Positions 9,064 to 18,110 of a stretch of 64,000 bases of DNA are shown here, one piece after another. Numbering within the stretch: the stretch's first letter is position 1; the number at the start of each line of letters is the position of its first letter. The notes beneath the pieces were generated by a model. That model was not told the DNA's origin, ran no database searches, and saw only the letters and a list, made by a program, of their open reading frames with translations. The DNA is from Dehalococcoidia bacterium (GTDB lineage: Bacteria > Chloroflexota > Dehalococcoidia > Lucifugimonadales > CBDFII01): assembly GCA_965248115.1 (NCBI GenBank), contig CBDFII010000005.1:154551-218550 (forward strand). Direction: 5' to 3'. Position numbers and translations under genes: made by a program.

Positions 9064-10245
9064 ATGAAAATCACCATGTCCATTCTAAAAGCCGACGTTG
9101 GCTCCATTGGGGGCCACACCAAGCCATCACAGCAGATGATGGATTCCGTCAAAGAGGATGTTCAGAAAGCCATAGACAAGGATCTAGTCCTGGATGGCTT
9201 CGTATCCCACACTGGTGACGACATCGCTATTCTTGTCTCTCACGAAAGAGGTGCCGATAACACGGACATCCATCAGTTTGCCTGGAACACCTTCCTCAAG
9301 GCCACGTCCATAGCCCAGCAGTATGGACTTTACGGTGCTGGCCAAGACCTGTTGGTGGACGCCCCGTCGGGCAACATACGTGGCGCTGGCCCAGCCGTAG
9401 CTGAGGTGGAATTCAACCACGACCCTGCCAAGACCAATAAGGTACGCCCCGCCGAGTCATTCTTGATGCTGGCGGCCGACAAGTGCGGACCCGGCGCCTA
9501 CAATCTGCCTATGTTCTTGGGGTTCGCTGATCCGATGTATTGTGCCGGCCTAATGCTCCCCAATATGATGAAGGGCTTCACCTTCCACATCATCGACATG
9601 GATAACACAGGGGGAGACAGCATAATCGAGCTCAACGCCCCCGAGGACTACTATCACATCTCTGCTTTGCTGCGGGATAACGAGCGCTTCGGCATCGATG
9701 GTATCTACTCCCGCACCCATGGCGAGCGGGCGGTAGCAGTGTCGGCCCAGCGACTACACAACATCGCGGGAACGTACACGGGCAAGGACGACCCCGTAGC
9801 CCTGGTGCGCAACCAGGGCATATTCCCCGCCCCTGAAGAGCTCTGCTCTCCTTACGCCAAGGCTCACTACGTCGGTGGCGATGCCAGAGGGTCCCACGTT
9901 ATGCCTCTGATGCCCGTCCCTCTCAATACACCGGTGACGGGAATGTACTGTCTACCTCTAGTCTCCTGCGTGGGATTCTCCCTGGATGCTCGAGGCCACT
10001 TCTCCAGCTCCTATATTGATTTCTTCGACAATCCCGCCTGGGACGTGGTACGTGAGAAGGCCCAGAACAAGGCCATCGAGATGCGCAGCCAAGGCTGGTC
10101 GGGGGCTGCTATGCTTCCTTACTCCGAGCTGGAGTACAGCGGCTTCCGCAACACCGTCACCAACCTGGTAGATCGTTTCGCCTTCCGCGATGGGCACAAT
10201 GGGAAGGAGCCCACCCCCGTGCCAGAAAAGACCGCCACCTCCTAG
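9064..10245 (+). CDS. fbp: Fructose-1,6-bisphosphate aldolase/phosphatase (class V FBPase)
   Basis: The N-terminus MKITMSILKADVGSIGGHTKP and the ~390-aa length are characteristic. A strong RBS (AAAGGAGG) is present. Confidence 0.9.
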   Translation: MKITMSILKADVGSIGGHTKPSQQMMDSVKEDVQKAIDKDLVLDGFVSHTGDDIAILVSHERGADNTDIHQFAWNTFLKATSIAQQYGLYGAGQDLLVDAPSGNIRGAGPAVAEVEFNHDPAKTNKVRPAESFLMLAADKCGPGAYNLPMFLGFADPMYCAGLMLPNMMKGFTFHIIDMDNTGGDSIIELNAPEDYYHISALLRDNERFGIDGIYSRTHGERAVAVSAQRLHNIAGTYTGKDDPVALVRNQGIFPAPEELCSPYAKAHYVGGDARGSHVMPLMPVPLNTPVTGMYCLPLVSCVGFSLDARGHFSSSYIDFFDNPAWDVVREKAQNKAIEMRSQGWSGAAMLPYSELEYSGFRNTVTNLVDRFAFRDGHNGKEPTPVPEKTATS

Positions 10246-10293
10246 GTGATTAGCTACTTCACAACGGTGCTCGACCAAGGGTACTATTGAAGG

Positions 10294-10920
10294 GTGGATA
10301 CCCCACCTCTTCCAAAGTTGCTCCTGGCTACCAGGAACTCTGGAAAGGTACGAGAGTACCGAGAGCTCCTTAAGGACATCCCCTTTCAAATAGCTTCTCT
10401 GGAAATGGAAGCCATCAAGGAAGATATCCCCGAAACGGGAGACTCCTTCTACGAAAATGCCTGCCTGAAAGCCCGTGGATTCGCCTCCCTAAGCCGCCTC
10501 CTAACCTTGGCCGACGACTCAGGACTTGAAGTGGACGCTCTGGGTGGAGAGCCTGGAGTTAAGTCGGCACGTTACGGCAGCGATCCCTCCTATACTGATG
10601 AGGATAGGTTGCGCTTGTTGCTCCACAACCTGGAGCACATACCCTGGGAGCAGAGGGGGGCACGTTTCCAGTGCGTCATTGCCATCGCCTGGCCCTCTGG
10701 AGAGGTGAAGACGGTAGCGGGAACCGTAGAAGGTGTTATACAATACGAACCAAAGGGCGCTTACGGCTTCGGGTACGACCCCGTCTTCTACCTTCCCGAA
10801 ATGGGGATGACCACGGCCCAGCTCCCACCCGAGGAGAAGAACAGGCTTAGTCACAGAGGCCAGGCAGCGAGAAAGGCCGTAGCTCTACTGAAAAGGCTAG
10901 CACAGGACGCCAATGCTTAA
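10294..10920 (+). CDS. rdgB: Non-canonical purine NTP pyrophosphatase (RdgB/HAM1 family)
   Basis: The motifs LLLATRNSGKVREY, DDSGLEVDALGGEPGV.SARY, GFGYDPVF and SHRG are present. Confidence 0.85.
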   Translation: MDTPPLPKLLLATRNSGKVREYRELLKDIPFQIASLEMEAIKEDIPETGDSFYENACLKARGFASLSRLLTLADDSGLEVDALGGEPGVKSARYGSDPSYTDEDRLRLLLHNLEHIPWEQRGARFQCVIAIAWPSGEVKTVAGTVEGVIQYEPKGAYGFGYDPVFYLPEMGMTTAQLPPEEKNRLSHRGQAARKAVALLKRLAQDANA

Positions 10921-11938
10921 AACTCAGATCAACGTAACAGACACCATGGGCCGGCCGCTACGGGACCTCCGCATCTCGGTCACCGATCGATGCAATTTCC
11001 GATGCCCCTACTGTATGCCCGCTGAGGTCTATGGAGCCAGGTACAAGTTCCTTCCCAAGCCTGAATTGCTCACCTTCGAGGAGATTATCCGCCTCACAAA
11101 GCTGCTAGTTGAGCTGGGCATCAACAAGGTAAGGCTGACTGGGGGCGAGCCCCTGGTAAGAAACAACCTCGAAGAGCTGGTTGCGATGCTCTCCCAAATT
11201 AAGGGAATCAAGGACCTCACTTTAACAACCAACGGCTATCTCCTGGCCCAAAAGGCTCAGGTTCTCAAGGATGCCGGGCTTCAGCGGATAACGGTAAGCC
11301 TGGACTCGCTGGACGAAGAGGTATTCAAGCAGATGAACGGCCGGGGCTACGGAACTCGAAGAGTATTGGAGGGGATTCGCAGGGCGGAAGAGATGGGCCT
11401 TAGCCCCATAAAGATAAATGCGGTAGTGCAGCGAGGAGTCAACGACCACACCATCGTAGATCTCGCCCGGCACTTCAAGGGTTCGGGACACATCGTTCGT
11501 TTCATCGAGTACATGGATGTGGGTAACCTAAATGACTGGAATCTGGATCAGGTGGTCAGCGCCGACGACATCGCGGCCCGCATCAATGCCGAGCTCCCCA
11601 TCGAGCCCATTGAGGCCAACTACAGGGGAGAGGTAGCCCTGCGCTATCGCTACAAGGACGGTGGCGGGGAGATCGGCATCATCGCCTCCGTCACCAAGCC
11701 ATTCTGTGGCGACTGTACTCGCATAAGGCTTTCCACCGACGGGAAGATATACACCTGCCTTTTCGCCAGCGTAGGGACTGACCTGCGAGGCCCTATGAGA
11801 TCGGAGGCCTCCGACGATGAGCTCAGGGACATAATAACGCGCACCTGGGTACGCCGAACCGACCGATACTCGGAGGAGCGAGCCTCCATGACAGGGCCCC
11901 AGCCAAGAAAGGTCGAGATGTACCAGATTGGCGGCTAG
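10913..11938 (+). CDS. moaA: GTP 3',8-cyclase (radical SAM, molybdenum cofactor biosynthesis)
   Basis: The motifs LRISVTDRCNFRCPYCMP and C-terminal FCGDCTRIRLSTDGKIYTCLF are present. The start overlaps the rdgB stop. Confidence 0.9.
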   Translation: MLKTQINVTDTMGRPLRDLRISVTDRCNFRCPYCMPAEVYGARYKFLPKPELLTFEEIIRLTKLLVELGINKVRLTGGEPLVRNNLEELVAMLSQIKGIKDLTLTTNGYLLAQKAQVLKDAGLQRITVSLDSLDEEVFKQMNGRGYGTRRVLEGIRRAEEMGLSPIKINAVVQRGVNDHTIVDLARHFKGSGHIVRFIEYMDVGNLNDWNLDQVVSADDIAARINAELPIEPIEANYRGEVALRYRYKDGGGEIGIIASVTKPFCGDCTRIRLSTDGKIYTCLFASVGTDLRGPMRSEASDDELRDIITRTWVRRTDRYSEERASMTGPQPRKVEMYQIGG

Positions 11939-12010
11939 AAAGAAGGTAAAGGCTCCGTAGCGGGCGTGGCTACGTCCGCTTTTATTTTTAGCCAGGAGCA
12001 CCTATTAGCT

Positions 12011-12931
12011 ATGATCAACATCTACACTGATGGATCCTGCAAGGGAAACCCAGGCCCCGGCGGCTGGGCAGCCATCATCGAAGAGGATGGCACCAAGCGC
12101 AGCCTGGCCGGTCGAGAGGACGCTACCACCAATAACCGCATGGAGATGCTCGCGACTATTAAGGGGCTGGAGGCGATACCCGACCAGTCTGAGGTAACGG
12201 TCATCAGCGATAGCCGGTACGTGGTTAACACTATGACTCGAAACTGGAAACGGAAGGCGAACCAGGACCTTTGGGCAAGGCTGGACTCAGTGGTTAAGAG
12301 ACGTCGTGTTCATTGGGAGTGGGTTCGAGGCCATTCCGGCCATCCCGGTAACGAGGAAGCCGATGCCCTAGCTAACAGGCAGATAGGGCCGCCACCCAAG
12401 AGCCAGAGGAGCCAGCCTAAACCAAGGGGAAACGACATCAGAGGCCAGACTACCGAAAGCCTCCACCACCTGGACACCCAGGGACGTGCCCAGATGGTGG
12501 ACGTAGGCGGCAAGCCCGATACGGTGCGAGAGGCGGTGGCCCGCGGCTTTGTATTCATGAGCGCAGGCACCTTAAGACTTATCGTTGAGGGCAACATCGA
12601 GAAGGGGGACGTGCTCACCGTGGCCAGGCTCGCCGGGATTATGGGGGCCAAGCAGACTCCCCACCTTATTCCCCTGTGCCACCCCATCCCCCTCAACCGC
12701 GTCACTGTGGAGCTGGAGCCCGATGATGAAAGAAGCGGCATCCGTATAACCGCCACTGCCACCACCGAAGCCAAGACGGGAGTGGAGATGGAGGCCCTCA
12801 CCGCCGTCACCGTGGCAGCCCTCACCATCTACGACATGTGCAAGTCCCACGACCGGGCCATGCGCATCGAGGCGGTACGCCTGGTGAGTAAGCGCGGTGG
12901 CAAGAGTGGCGACATCATCTTGGAGGAGTAG
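12011..12931 (+). CDS. RNase HI domain fused to MoaC (cyclic pyranopterin monophosphate synthase)
   Basis: The N-terminal sequence [21 protein letters not shown]...NNRMEM...ISDSRYV...[12 protein letters not shown] carries the RNase H DEDD residues. A Pro/Gln/Ser-rich linker follows. The C-terminal sequence [13 protein letters not shown]...[10 protein letters not shown]...[23 protein letters not shown] is MoaC. The whole is one continuous frame. Confidence 0.8.
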   Translation: MINIYTDGSCKGNPGPGGWAAIIEEDGTKRSLAGREDATTNNRMEMLATIKGLEAIPDQSEVTVISDSRYVVNTMTRNWKRKANQDLWARLDSVVKRRRVHWEWVRGHSGHPGNEEADALANRQIGPPPKSQRSQPKPRGNDIRGQTTESLHHLDTQGRAQMVDVGGKPDTVREAVARGFVFMSAGTLRLIVEGNIEKGDVLTVARLAGIMGAKQTPHLIPLCHPIPLNRVTVELEPDDERSGIRITATATTEAKTGVEMEALTAVTVAALTIYDMCKSHDRAMRIEAVRLVSKRGGKSGDIILEE

Positions 12932-12933
12932 CT

Positions 12934-13680
12934 TTGGAAGTTGTGGCCGGTGTCCACAAGGTAGACGGGACTATCGGGAGTAACGTTTACATCCTGATGG
13001 ATGAGCGCTCCCTGGCCCTGGTGGACACGGGCCTCCAAGGCAACGCGGGCAAGATAGAAAGATACATAGAAGGCCTTGGCAGGAAGGTATCAGACCTTCG
13101 ATGGATCATCCTCACCCACGGCCACCCAGACCACACCGGCACTATCACGGCACTTCGCCGCCACAGCGACTTCCAAGTCCTGGTCCACCACAACGACGTT
13201 AAGTGGGATAAGGTCGGCAAGCCGAGAGTCCATTACGTAAGCCAACCCCTGGCGCTGGAATGGGAGGTGCCCCTCTTCCAGAAAATCCTCGCCGACGAAC
13301 TGGTGGACGAGGGCTACACTTTGCCCATCCTGGGCGGTCTTCAGGTGCTCCACACGCCAGGCCACACCGCAGGAAGCATAAGTCCCTATCTACCCAGTTT
13401 GAAGTTGCTGTTCACTGGCGACACCCTCCTCAGCGATGGCAGACTGTTTACAAGGCCATTCCCCTTCCCCGGCACCGATAGCAAGCTTTACCGGCGCTCG
13501 GTGGAGCGGCTAGCGACCCTCAACTTTGAGGTGGCCTGCGTAGGCCACGGCCGTCCTCTGGTAGGAGGGGCTTCAGAAAAGCTGCAAGACATGATTCGCA
13601 ACTATTTCTGGTCTGGCACCGGCTGGAACCTGGTGCGCCGTCTATCCTCCTCCCTGTTCGCTGGCCAGCGCGAGCGGTAA
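12934..13680 (+). CDS. MBL-fold metallo-hydrolase
   Basis: The motifs LTHGHPDHTG, HTPGHTAGS and CVGHG are present. Confidence 0.8.
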   Translation: MEVVAGVHKVDGTIGSNVYILMDERSLALVDTGLQGNAGKIERYIEGLGRKVSDLRWIILTHGHPDHTGTITALRRHSDFQVLVHHNDVKWDKVGKPRVHYVSQPLALEWEVPLFQKILADELVDEGYTLPILGGLQVLHTPGHTAGSISPYLPSLKLLFTGDTLLSDGRLFTRPFPFPGTDSKLYRRSVERLATLNFEVACVGHGRPLVGGASEKLQDMIRNYFWSGTGWNLVRRLSSSLFAGQRER

Positions 13681-13685
13681 GCTGA

Positions 13686-13714
13686 TTGACAGTCCGATGG
13701 CTTGAAATTATATT
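13686..13714 (+). promoter_or_regulatory. Sigma-70-like promoter upstream of the tRNA
   Basis: TTGACA (13686-13691), a 17-nt spacer and TATATT (13709-13714) lie about 48 nt upstream of the tRNA 5' end. Confidence 0.45.
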
Positions 13715-13761
13715 GACTGTAATGGAAGTGCGCCTGGCGACTGGCCGGTGCCTTCTTGGGT

Positions 13762-13836
13762 GCCAAGGTAGCTCAGCGGCAGAGCGGGCGCTTCATAAGC
13801 GCTAGGTCATAGGTTCGAATCCTATCCTTGGCACCA
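13762..13836 (+). tRNA. tRNA-Met (anticodon CAT), CCA encoded
   Basis: I folded the cloverleaf by hand. The acceptor is GCCAAGG/CCTTGGC, the D arm GCTC/GAGC, the anticodon arm GGCGC-TTCATAA-GCGCT, and the T arm ATAGG-TTCGAAT-CCTAT, followed by ACCA. The G1-C72 pair and the lack of three G-C pairs in the anticodon stem argue for an elongator type. An Ile2 (lysidine) identity cannot be excluded. Confidence 0.9.
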
Positions 13837-14018
13837 TCGTTCATAGGTGGATCACTCTGTATACTGTTAACACTATTAGCTTGACCGTTAACAAAAGTGT
13901 TAACAAGATAGACGTACCGCTGGTACAAGTCCGGTCTCCAGCGCCTTTTTCCGTTCACCATGTAGCTCAGGTATGCGGGTGTGATTCCTAGTTCTTTAGC
14001 GATCTTTCTGAGTGACAT
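13773..14018 (-). CDS. Small XRE/Cro-like HTH protein; the ORF reads into the tRNA 3' end
   Basis: The sequence MSLRKIAKELGITPAYLSYMVNGKRRW is HTH-like. It is possibly the C-terminal half of a fusion with ORF 13996..14190 (see findings). Confidence 0.4.
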   Translation of the reverse strand: MSLRKIAKELGITPAYLSYMVNGKRRWRPDLYQRYVYLVNTFVNGQANSVNSIQSDPPMNDGAKDRIRTYDLALMKRPLCR

Positions 14019-14190
14019 TCTGATCCCCTTTCTCTCGTTCCAACTTCTCCTTTATCGCTTCCTCTAGCCACTTTCCAACCGTCATTCCGCTGGCCTTAGC
14101 TTGCTTTTTAGCCATGTGTAGGGCGTTTGGCTCCATTCGTATGGACAGAGTTGGCTTGTGGCCTGTAGCTGGACGACCAGTACGTGCCAT
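13996..14190 (-). CDS. Ribbon-helix-helix (CopG/Arc-like) protein
   Basis: The sequence KPTLSIRMEPNALHMAKKQAKASGMTVGKWLEEAIKEKLE fits a strand-helix-helix layout. Confidence 0.45.
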   Translation of the reverse strand: MARTGRPATGHKPTLSIRMEPNALHMAKKQAKASGMTVGKWLEEAIKEKLEREKGDQNVTQKDR

Positions 14191-14262
14191 ATGGATATTC
14201 TACTAAATGTACGACATAAAGTCAAGTGTTCACTGACATTCGAGGTTATGGCTTTCTTCCAA

Positions 14263-14654
14263 TTAGATGATCCAAATCAGTACCAGACCAACTACGGCCA
14301 ATACTATGGCAGCAGTTCCCCATCCATTGGCGTGAACATCGTCACCCCACCATTTGGGTCTTTGGGCAACGGGAATCGCCGCCAGTAGTGGAGAAAGCCA
14401 CAAGAACCTATATAGTAAAGCCACGACGCCAATAACTGCATAAACGACAGCTAGTACAGCTGATGCAGGAAGGGAAATGCCATTGAAGACGATGAAAACG
14501 AACATGGCGGCTATAATGAAACTAAGGGAAGTGGCACCAACTGTTCTACCTAAGTGAACCTTCACCTCCATATCTGAAGCATTACATGGGAGCATAGTGA
14601 GAATCCATCTGAAGAACCGCCACTCCCGACAAGCAGAAGCCAAAATTATTAGGA
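14263..14654 (-). pseudogene. 3' part of a small membrane-protein gene interrupted by the IS element
   Basis: The track ORF 14263..14760 reads out of the IS left end. Only 14263..14654 is host sequence. Joined to 16025..16076, it gives a 144-aa protein with about four TM segments. Confidence 0.75.
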
Positions 14655-16024
14655 GTAGAGTCCCAGGAAGTGGTGTAATAAGAGGGAGAGGGTCTGGAGA
14701 AAGAGAGACCACCGCGTCATCCTTAGCGAGCAAAGAAGAAAGCTCGAGAAAGGAGGACAACAGTGGTCAAGGAGAGGATGGACCTGCTGGAGCTATTGCG
14801 CAAGAGGGGAGTCGACGGTGACGTGGACTTTCTACGCGAGGCACTGAGAGTGCTGGTCGAGGAGATCATGGAGGCTGATGTGTCATCGAGGACCGGTGCT
14901 GGGTATGGAGAACGCAACCCTGAGCGGGTGACCCAGCGCAACGGGTACCGGTCTCGAGCATGGGACACTCGCGTAGGGACCATGGAGTTGCAGATACCCA
15001 AGCTGAGGGAGGGGAGCTACTTTCCGATCCTGCTGGAGCCACGGCGTCGCAGCGAGCGAGCTCTGCTGGCGGTGATCCAGCAGGCGTATGTGGAGGGTGT
15101 ATCGACGAGGCGAGTGGATGATCTGGTCAAGGCTCTTGGGTGCGAGGGTATCTCAAAGAGCCAAGTGTCGCGTATCTGCCAGGAGCTGGACGGGGTGGTG
15201 GAGAGCTTCCTGGGTCGGCCGCTAGATGGGGGACCCTACCCCTATCTGTGGCTGGACGCACTAACCCAGAAGGTCAGAGAGGCCGGTAGGATAGTCAACG
15301 TCAGCGTGGTGGTGGCGACGGCGGTCAATAGCGAGGGCAAGCGTGAGATCGTTGGGATGGACGTGGGTACCAGTGAAGACGGTGCATTCTGGCTGGCCTT
15401 CCTGCGCTCACTGTCGGCCAGAGGCCTCGGCGGGGTGGAGCTGGTGGTATCGGACGCTCATCAGGGACTCCGAGGCGCCATCGCCGCAGTCTTCGGCGGA
15501 GCCAGCTGGCAACGGTGCCGCACCCACTTCATGACCAACCTGCTCACTCGGGTCCCCAGGCGCGCCCAGCCATGGGTAGCCACCATGGTGCGCACCATCT
15601 ACCAGCAACCCTCCCCCGATGAGGTACACGCCCAGTTCGACAGGGTGACCGATCAACTCCAGAACCGGTTCCCTCAGGTCGCCTCTCTACTGGACGAGGC
15701 TGGACCCGACGTCCTGGCCTTCTCCAGCTTCCCCGTCGCCCACTGGAAGAAGATCTGGTTCAACAACCCCCTGGAGCGTCTCAACAAGGAGATACGGCGC
15801 CGCACCGATGTGGTGGGCATCTTCCCTAACCGCCCAGCTGTCCGTCGCCTGGTCGGCGCCGTCCTAGCTGAGCAGCACGACGAGTGGGCCGTCGGCCGTC
15901 GATACATCACACAGGAGGTAACCACCTCCAACGAAGCTCTACCCAGAGCCGAACTCGCAGAGGCAGCGGCCTAGACGATATCAACAGGATGACGTACTCT
16001 TACACCACTCTATGGGACGTGACC
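14655..16024 (+). mobile_element. IS256-family insertion sequence, 1370 bp, flanked by the 9-bp direct repeat TTATTAGGA
   Basis: The imperfect terminal inverted repeats are GTAGAGTCCCAGGAAGTGGTGTAA (left) and TTACACCACTCTATGGGACGTGACC (right). The target duplication lies at 14646-14654 and 16025-16033. A single IS256-type transposase gene sits inside. Confidence 0.85.
14763..15974 (+). CDS. IS256-family (Mutator-type) transposase
   Basis: The motifs ...RNGYRSRAWDTRVGTMELQIPKLREGSYFP...YLWLDA...VVSDAHQGL..A....F....WQRC..HF..N......NPLERLNKEIRRR are typical of IS256 transposases. Confidence 0.9.
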   Translation: MVKERMDLLELLRKRGVDGDVDFLREALRVLVEEIMEADVSSRTGAGYGERNPERVTQRNGYRSRAWDTRVGTMELQIPKLREGSYFPILLEPRRRSERALLAVIQQAYVEGVSTRRVDDLVKALGCEGISKSQVSRICQELDGVVESFLGRPLDGGPYPYLWLDALTQKVREAGRIVNVSVVVATAVNSEGKREIVGMDVGTSEDGAFWLAFLRSLSARGLGGVELVVSDAHQGLRGAIAAVFGGASWQRCRTHFMTNLLTRVPRRAQPWVATMVRTIYQQPSPDEVHAQFDRVTDQLQNRFPQVASLLDEAGPDVLAFSSFPVAHWKKIWFNNPLERLNKEIRRRTDVVGIFPNRPAVRRLVGAVLAEQHDEWAVGRRYITQEVTTSNEALPRAELAEAAA

Positions 16025-16076
16025 TTATTAGGACTGATATAGCAACTAGTATTGAACCTACTATGATACCCCACAT
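16025..16076 (-). pseudogene. 5' part (RBS plus the first 17 codons) of the IS-interrupted membrane-protein gene
   Basis: The reverse complement reads AAGGAGGTAGGT-ATG TGG GGT ATC ATA GTA GGT TCA ATA CTA GTT GCT ATA TCA GTC CTA ATA A. It continues in frame at 14645 (..TT TTG GCT TCT GCT TGT) once the IS and one repeat copy are removed. Confidence 0.75.
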
Positions 16077-16224
16077 ACCTACCTCCTTGGCTCCAGCTGT
16101 ATAGTCCGAAGATTAAACAAGTGAACTTGACAGGTCAATTCTGTAAGAAAAGCGTTCCCACTTTCCGACCCTTTCAGGAATGGGACGGTACTACCCGCCA
16201 TATTTATGCTTGTATGGAGCTTTA

Positions 16225-16761
16225 CTACTTAGCGTGCAAGAGCACGAGGTTATTGCACTTGTCGCACACTTCTTTGGGCACAAGCCGCCATCGCATTAGA
16301 TATCCAAACACAAAGCATCCCGTACAGAATCCAACGAAGGCTTCCAGGCTGGCAAAGAAGATCAGAATCCCTAGAACACTCTTGGCTGCCAATCCGAGGC
16401 CAAACCCGTAGTGAAGCACGAGGGCTGTAGTCGAGAACAGTAGTCCTACTGTCTGGGCGAATCGTTTGGGAGGGCCAGCGGCCTGCTTGTATAGATTAAG
16501 CCTAGGAGCGAGAACCCGTGTGGCTACAAGGCCCATGGGGCTTAGGGTTGGCCCCGTTAGAACCCGTGCTAAGAAGCCATAGCCCAATATGATCATTAGC
16601 CACGGCACGTCCAGCAGGATGATCACCAGAGTCAGTGCAACAACCATCGCCGCCACCATACGGGCTGCCATCTCGTTGACTGGGTGAGGGAAGCTGAAGA
16701 CTTCCTTAAATGTACGGTAGGCGATTATCGATAACCTATTACTATTGTTCCCCGAACTCAT
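16225..16761 (-). CDS. DUF4395-like membrane protein
   Basis: It has four predicted TM segments, the motif GPPKRFAQ, and the C-terminal motifs FCTGC and CDKC, as I recall for DUF4395. Confidence 0.7.
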   Translation of the reverse strand: MSSGNNSNRLSIIAYRTFKEVFSFPHPVNEMAARMVAAMVVALTLVIILLDVPWLMIILGYGFLARVLTGPTLSPMGLVATRVLAPRLNLYKQAAGPPKRFAQTVGLLFSTTALVLHYGFGLGLAAKSVLGILIFFASLEAFVGFCTGCFVFGYLMRWRLVPKEVCDKCNNLVLLHAK

Positions 16762-17019
16762 CCCAACTTCTCATTGAGCGACACATACAGAAGTGTAGTG
16801 CCAGCAAGTATACTCTCCTGCATTGCTCAGCGGGATCGCTGTTCCACTGATAGAAACGTGGGGATTTGCGAGCCTCCCTATTAGTATTATACTAGGCAAA
16901 CTCGCAATTGAACCGTAGAGGATCGGCATTTGTCATGAGTAGAATCACCAATCGGGACAGGATTGCCTTCGCGCTGATTGCCTTTGCTATAACAGTGCTC
17001 TTGTTGATTTTTCACGCCC

Positions 17020-17277
17020 GTGGTAATGGAAGCACTCGAAGAATGCCCATTAGTAGAAGGGAGATACTATGGTTGGCAGTCGGGGGTAAGCCCGTGTAAC
17101 CTAGAGCTTCTCCTGGGCCGAGTTTTTATAACGCTCACAGGATTAGCAATCGTCTTTGTGTTTATAGGAATCCTAGTCTTCCGGGGAATTAATAAGCACA
17201 TAGGGGCGGGTATTTTCGCTGGGCTACCAGTAGGTTATATCGGCGGACTTATCAGCATGAGCATAGTTACTATCTGA
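17020..17277 (+). CDS. Small hydrophobic protein (possibly continuous with ORF 16908..17099)
   Basis: The sequence has TM-like stretches LTGLAIVFVFIGILVF and GAGIFAGLPVGYIGGLISMSIV. I recognise no family. Confidence 0.3.
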   Translation: MVMEALEECPLVEGRYYGWQSGVSPCNLELLLGRVFITLTGLAIVFVFIGILVFRGINKHIGAGIFAGLPVGYIGGLISMSIVTI

Positions 17278-17427
17278 CGCCTGTTCAACGGTGGTCGGCT
17301 GAACAAAACCGTTCCCACTCGCACCGTTGGTTCAATGAACATAGGTACTGTGCCCGACCTTTGATCCCTGTACAACTACGAACTGAACGACCAATGCAAA
17401 TGAAGCGAGGGAACAGAGAGACGAACG

Positions 17428-17679
17428 CTATGCCCCTTCATTCACCTCGACGATGTCTTCTGCTACCAGACCGTGCGCCTCACAATGGACGGCAATAGCC
17501 GCCCCTTTACTGGGGGCGTCGACCAAACAGAACACCGTCCCGTCAGCCTCGTTGAACCAGTACTTCAAATAGTTCACGCCATAGTTGCCCTGAACCTCAA
17601 GGTCTCTCTGGTGTGCTCCTGCGACTGCCTCCGCAGTCAAGTCCTTTACATGCTTGTGAGTGTCCATGTACAGAGGCAT
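17428..17679 (-). CDS. DUF4242-like small protein
   Basis: The sequence MPLYMDTHKHV.DLTAEAVAGAHQRDLEVQ..YGVNYLKYWFNE.DGTVFCLVDAPSK.AA..VH.EAHG fits the DUF4242 pattern as I recall it. Confidence 0.65.
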   Translation of the reverse strand: MPLYMDTHKHVKDLTAEAVAGAHQRDLEVQGNYGVNYLKYWFNEADGTVFCLVDAPSKGAAIAVHCEAHGLVAEDIVEVNEGA

Positions 17680-18110
17680 CTGAGCGTCCTCCTCTGATCA
17701 ATGATCGGCGAGTATACTGGTCGCTTTAACCGTCGTCAACCTGGACAGGTTATCCCGCCACACCGCTGATCCACTGAACATACACATGTCCAGGGCTATC
17801 GGCTGCTTATTACGACCGTAAACGCAGTCCTGGCCTTATTCAGGAAAGCGCCTCAACTCCCTGCCAGGGCGACGAACCTAGAGCACCCCCTTTGAAAGGG
17901 CCAATTGTGAGTATATCGAACCCCTTCTGCTTATGGACAAATGGTTGACCTACGAGTATTACTTGAGACTGTGAGCCTGTTTTCTCCAACCTAACAAGCC
18001 TTCCCACTGGTTTGTGGCACTTGCATGGTACGCAACATACTAGGTAAGCTTCACCTTGTAAATCGAGCGGAAGTAATGTCAGAGATACACCAACGCCCCC
18101 AGGCAGGAAC

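Noticed and set aside
12310-12828. A 172-aa minus-strand ORF inside the RNase H-MoaC gene.
   Set aside because: It is antisense to strongly conserved MoaC coding sequence and is a Ser/Thr/Pro/Arg-rich low-information sequence.
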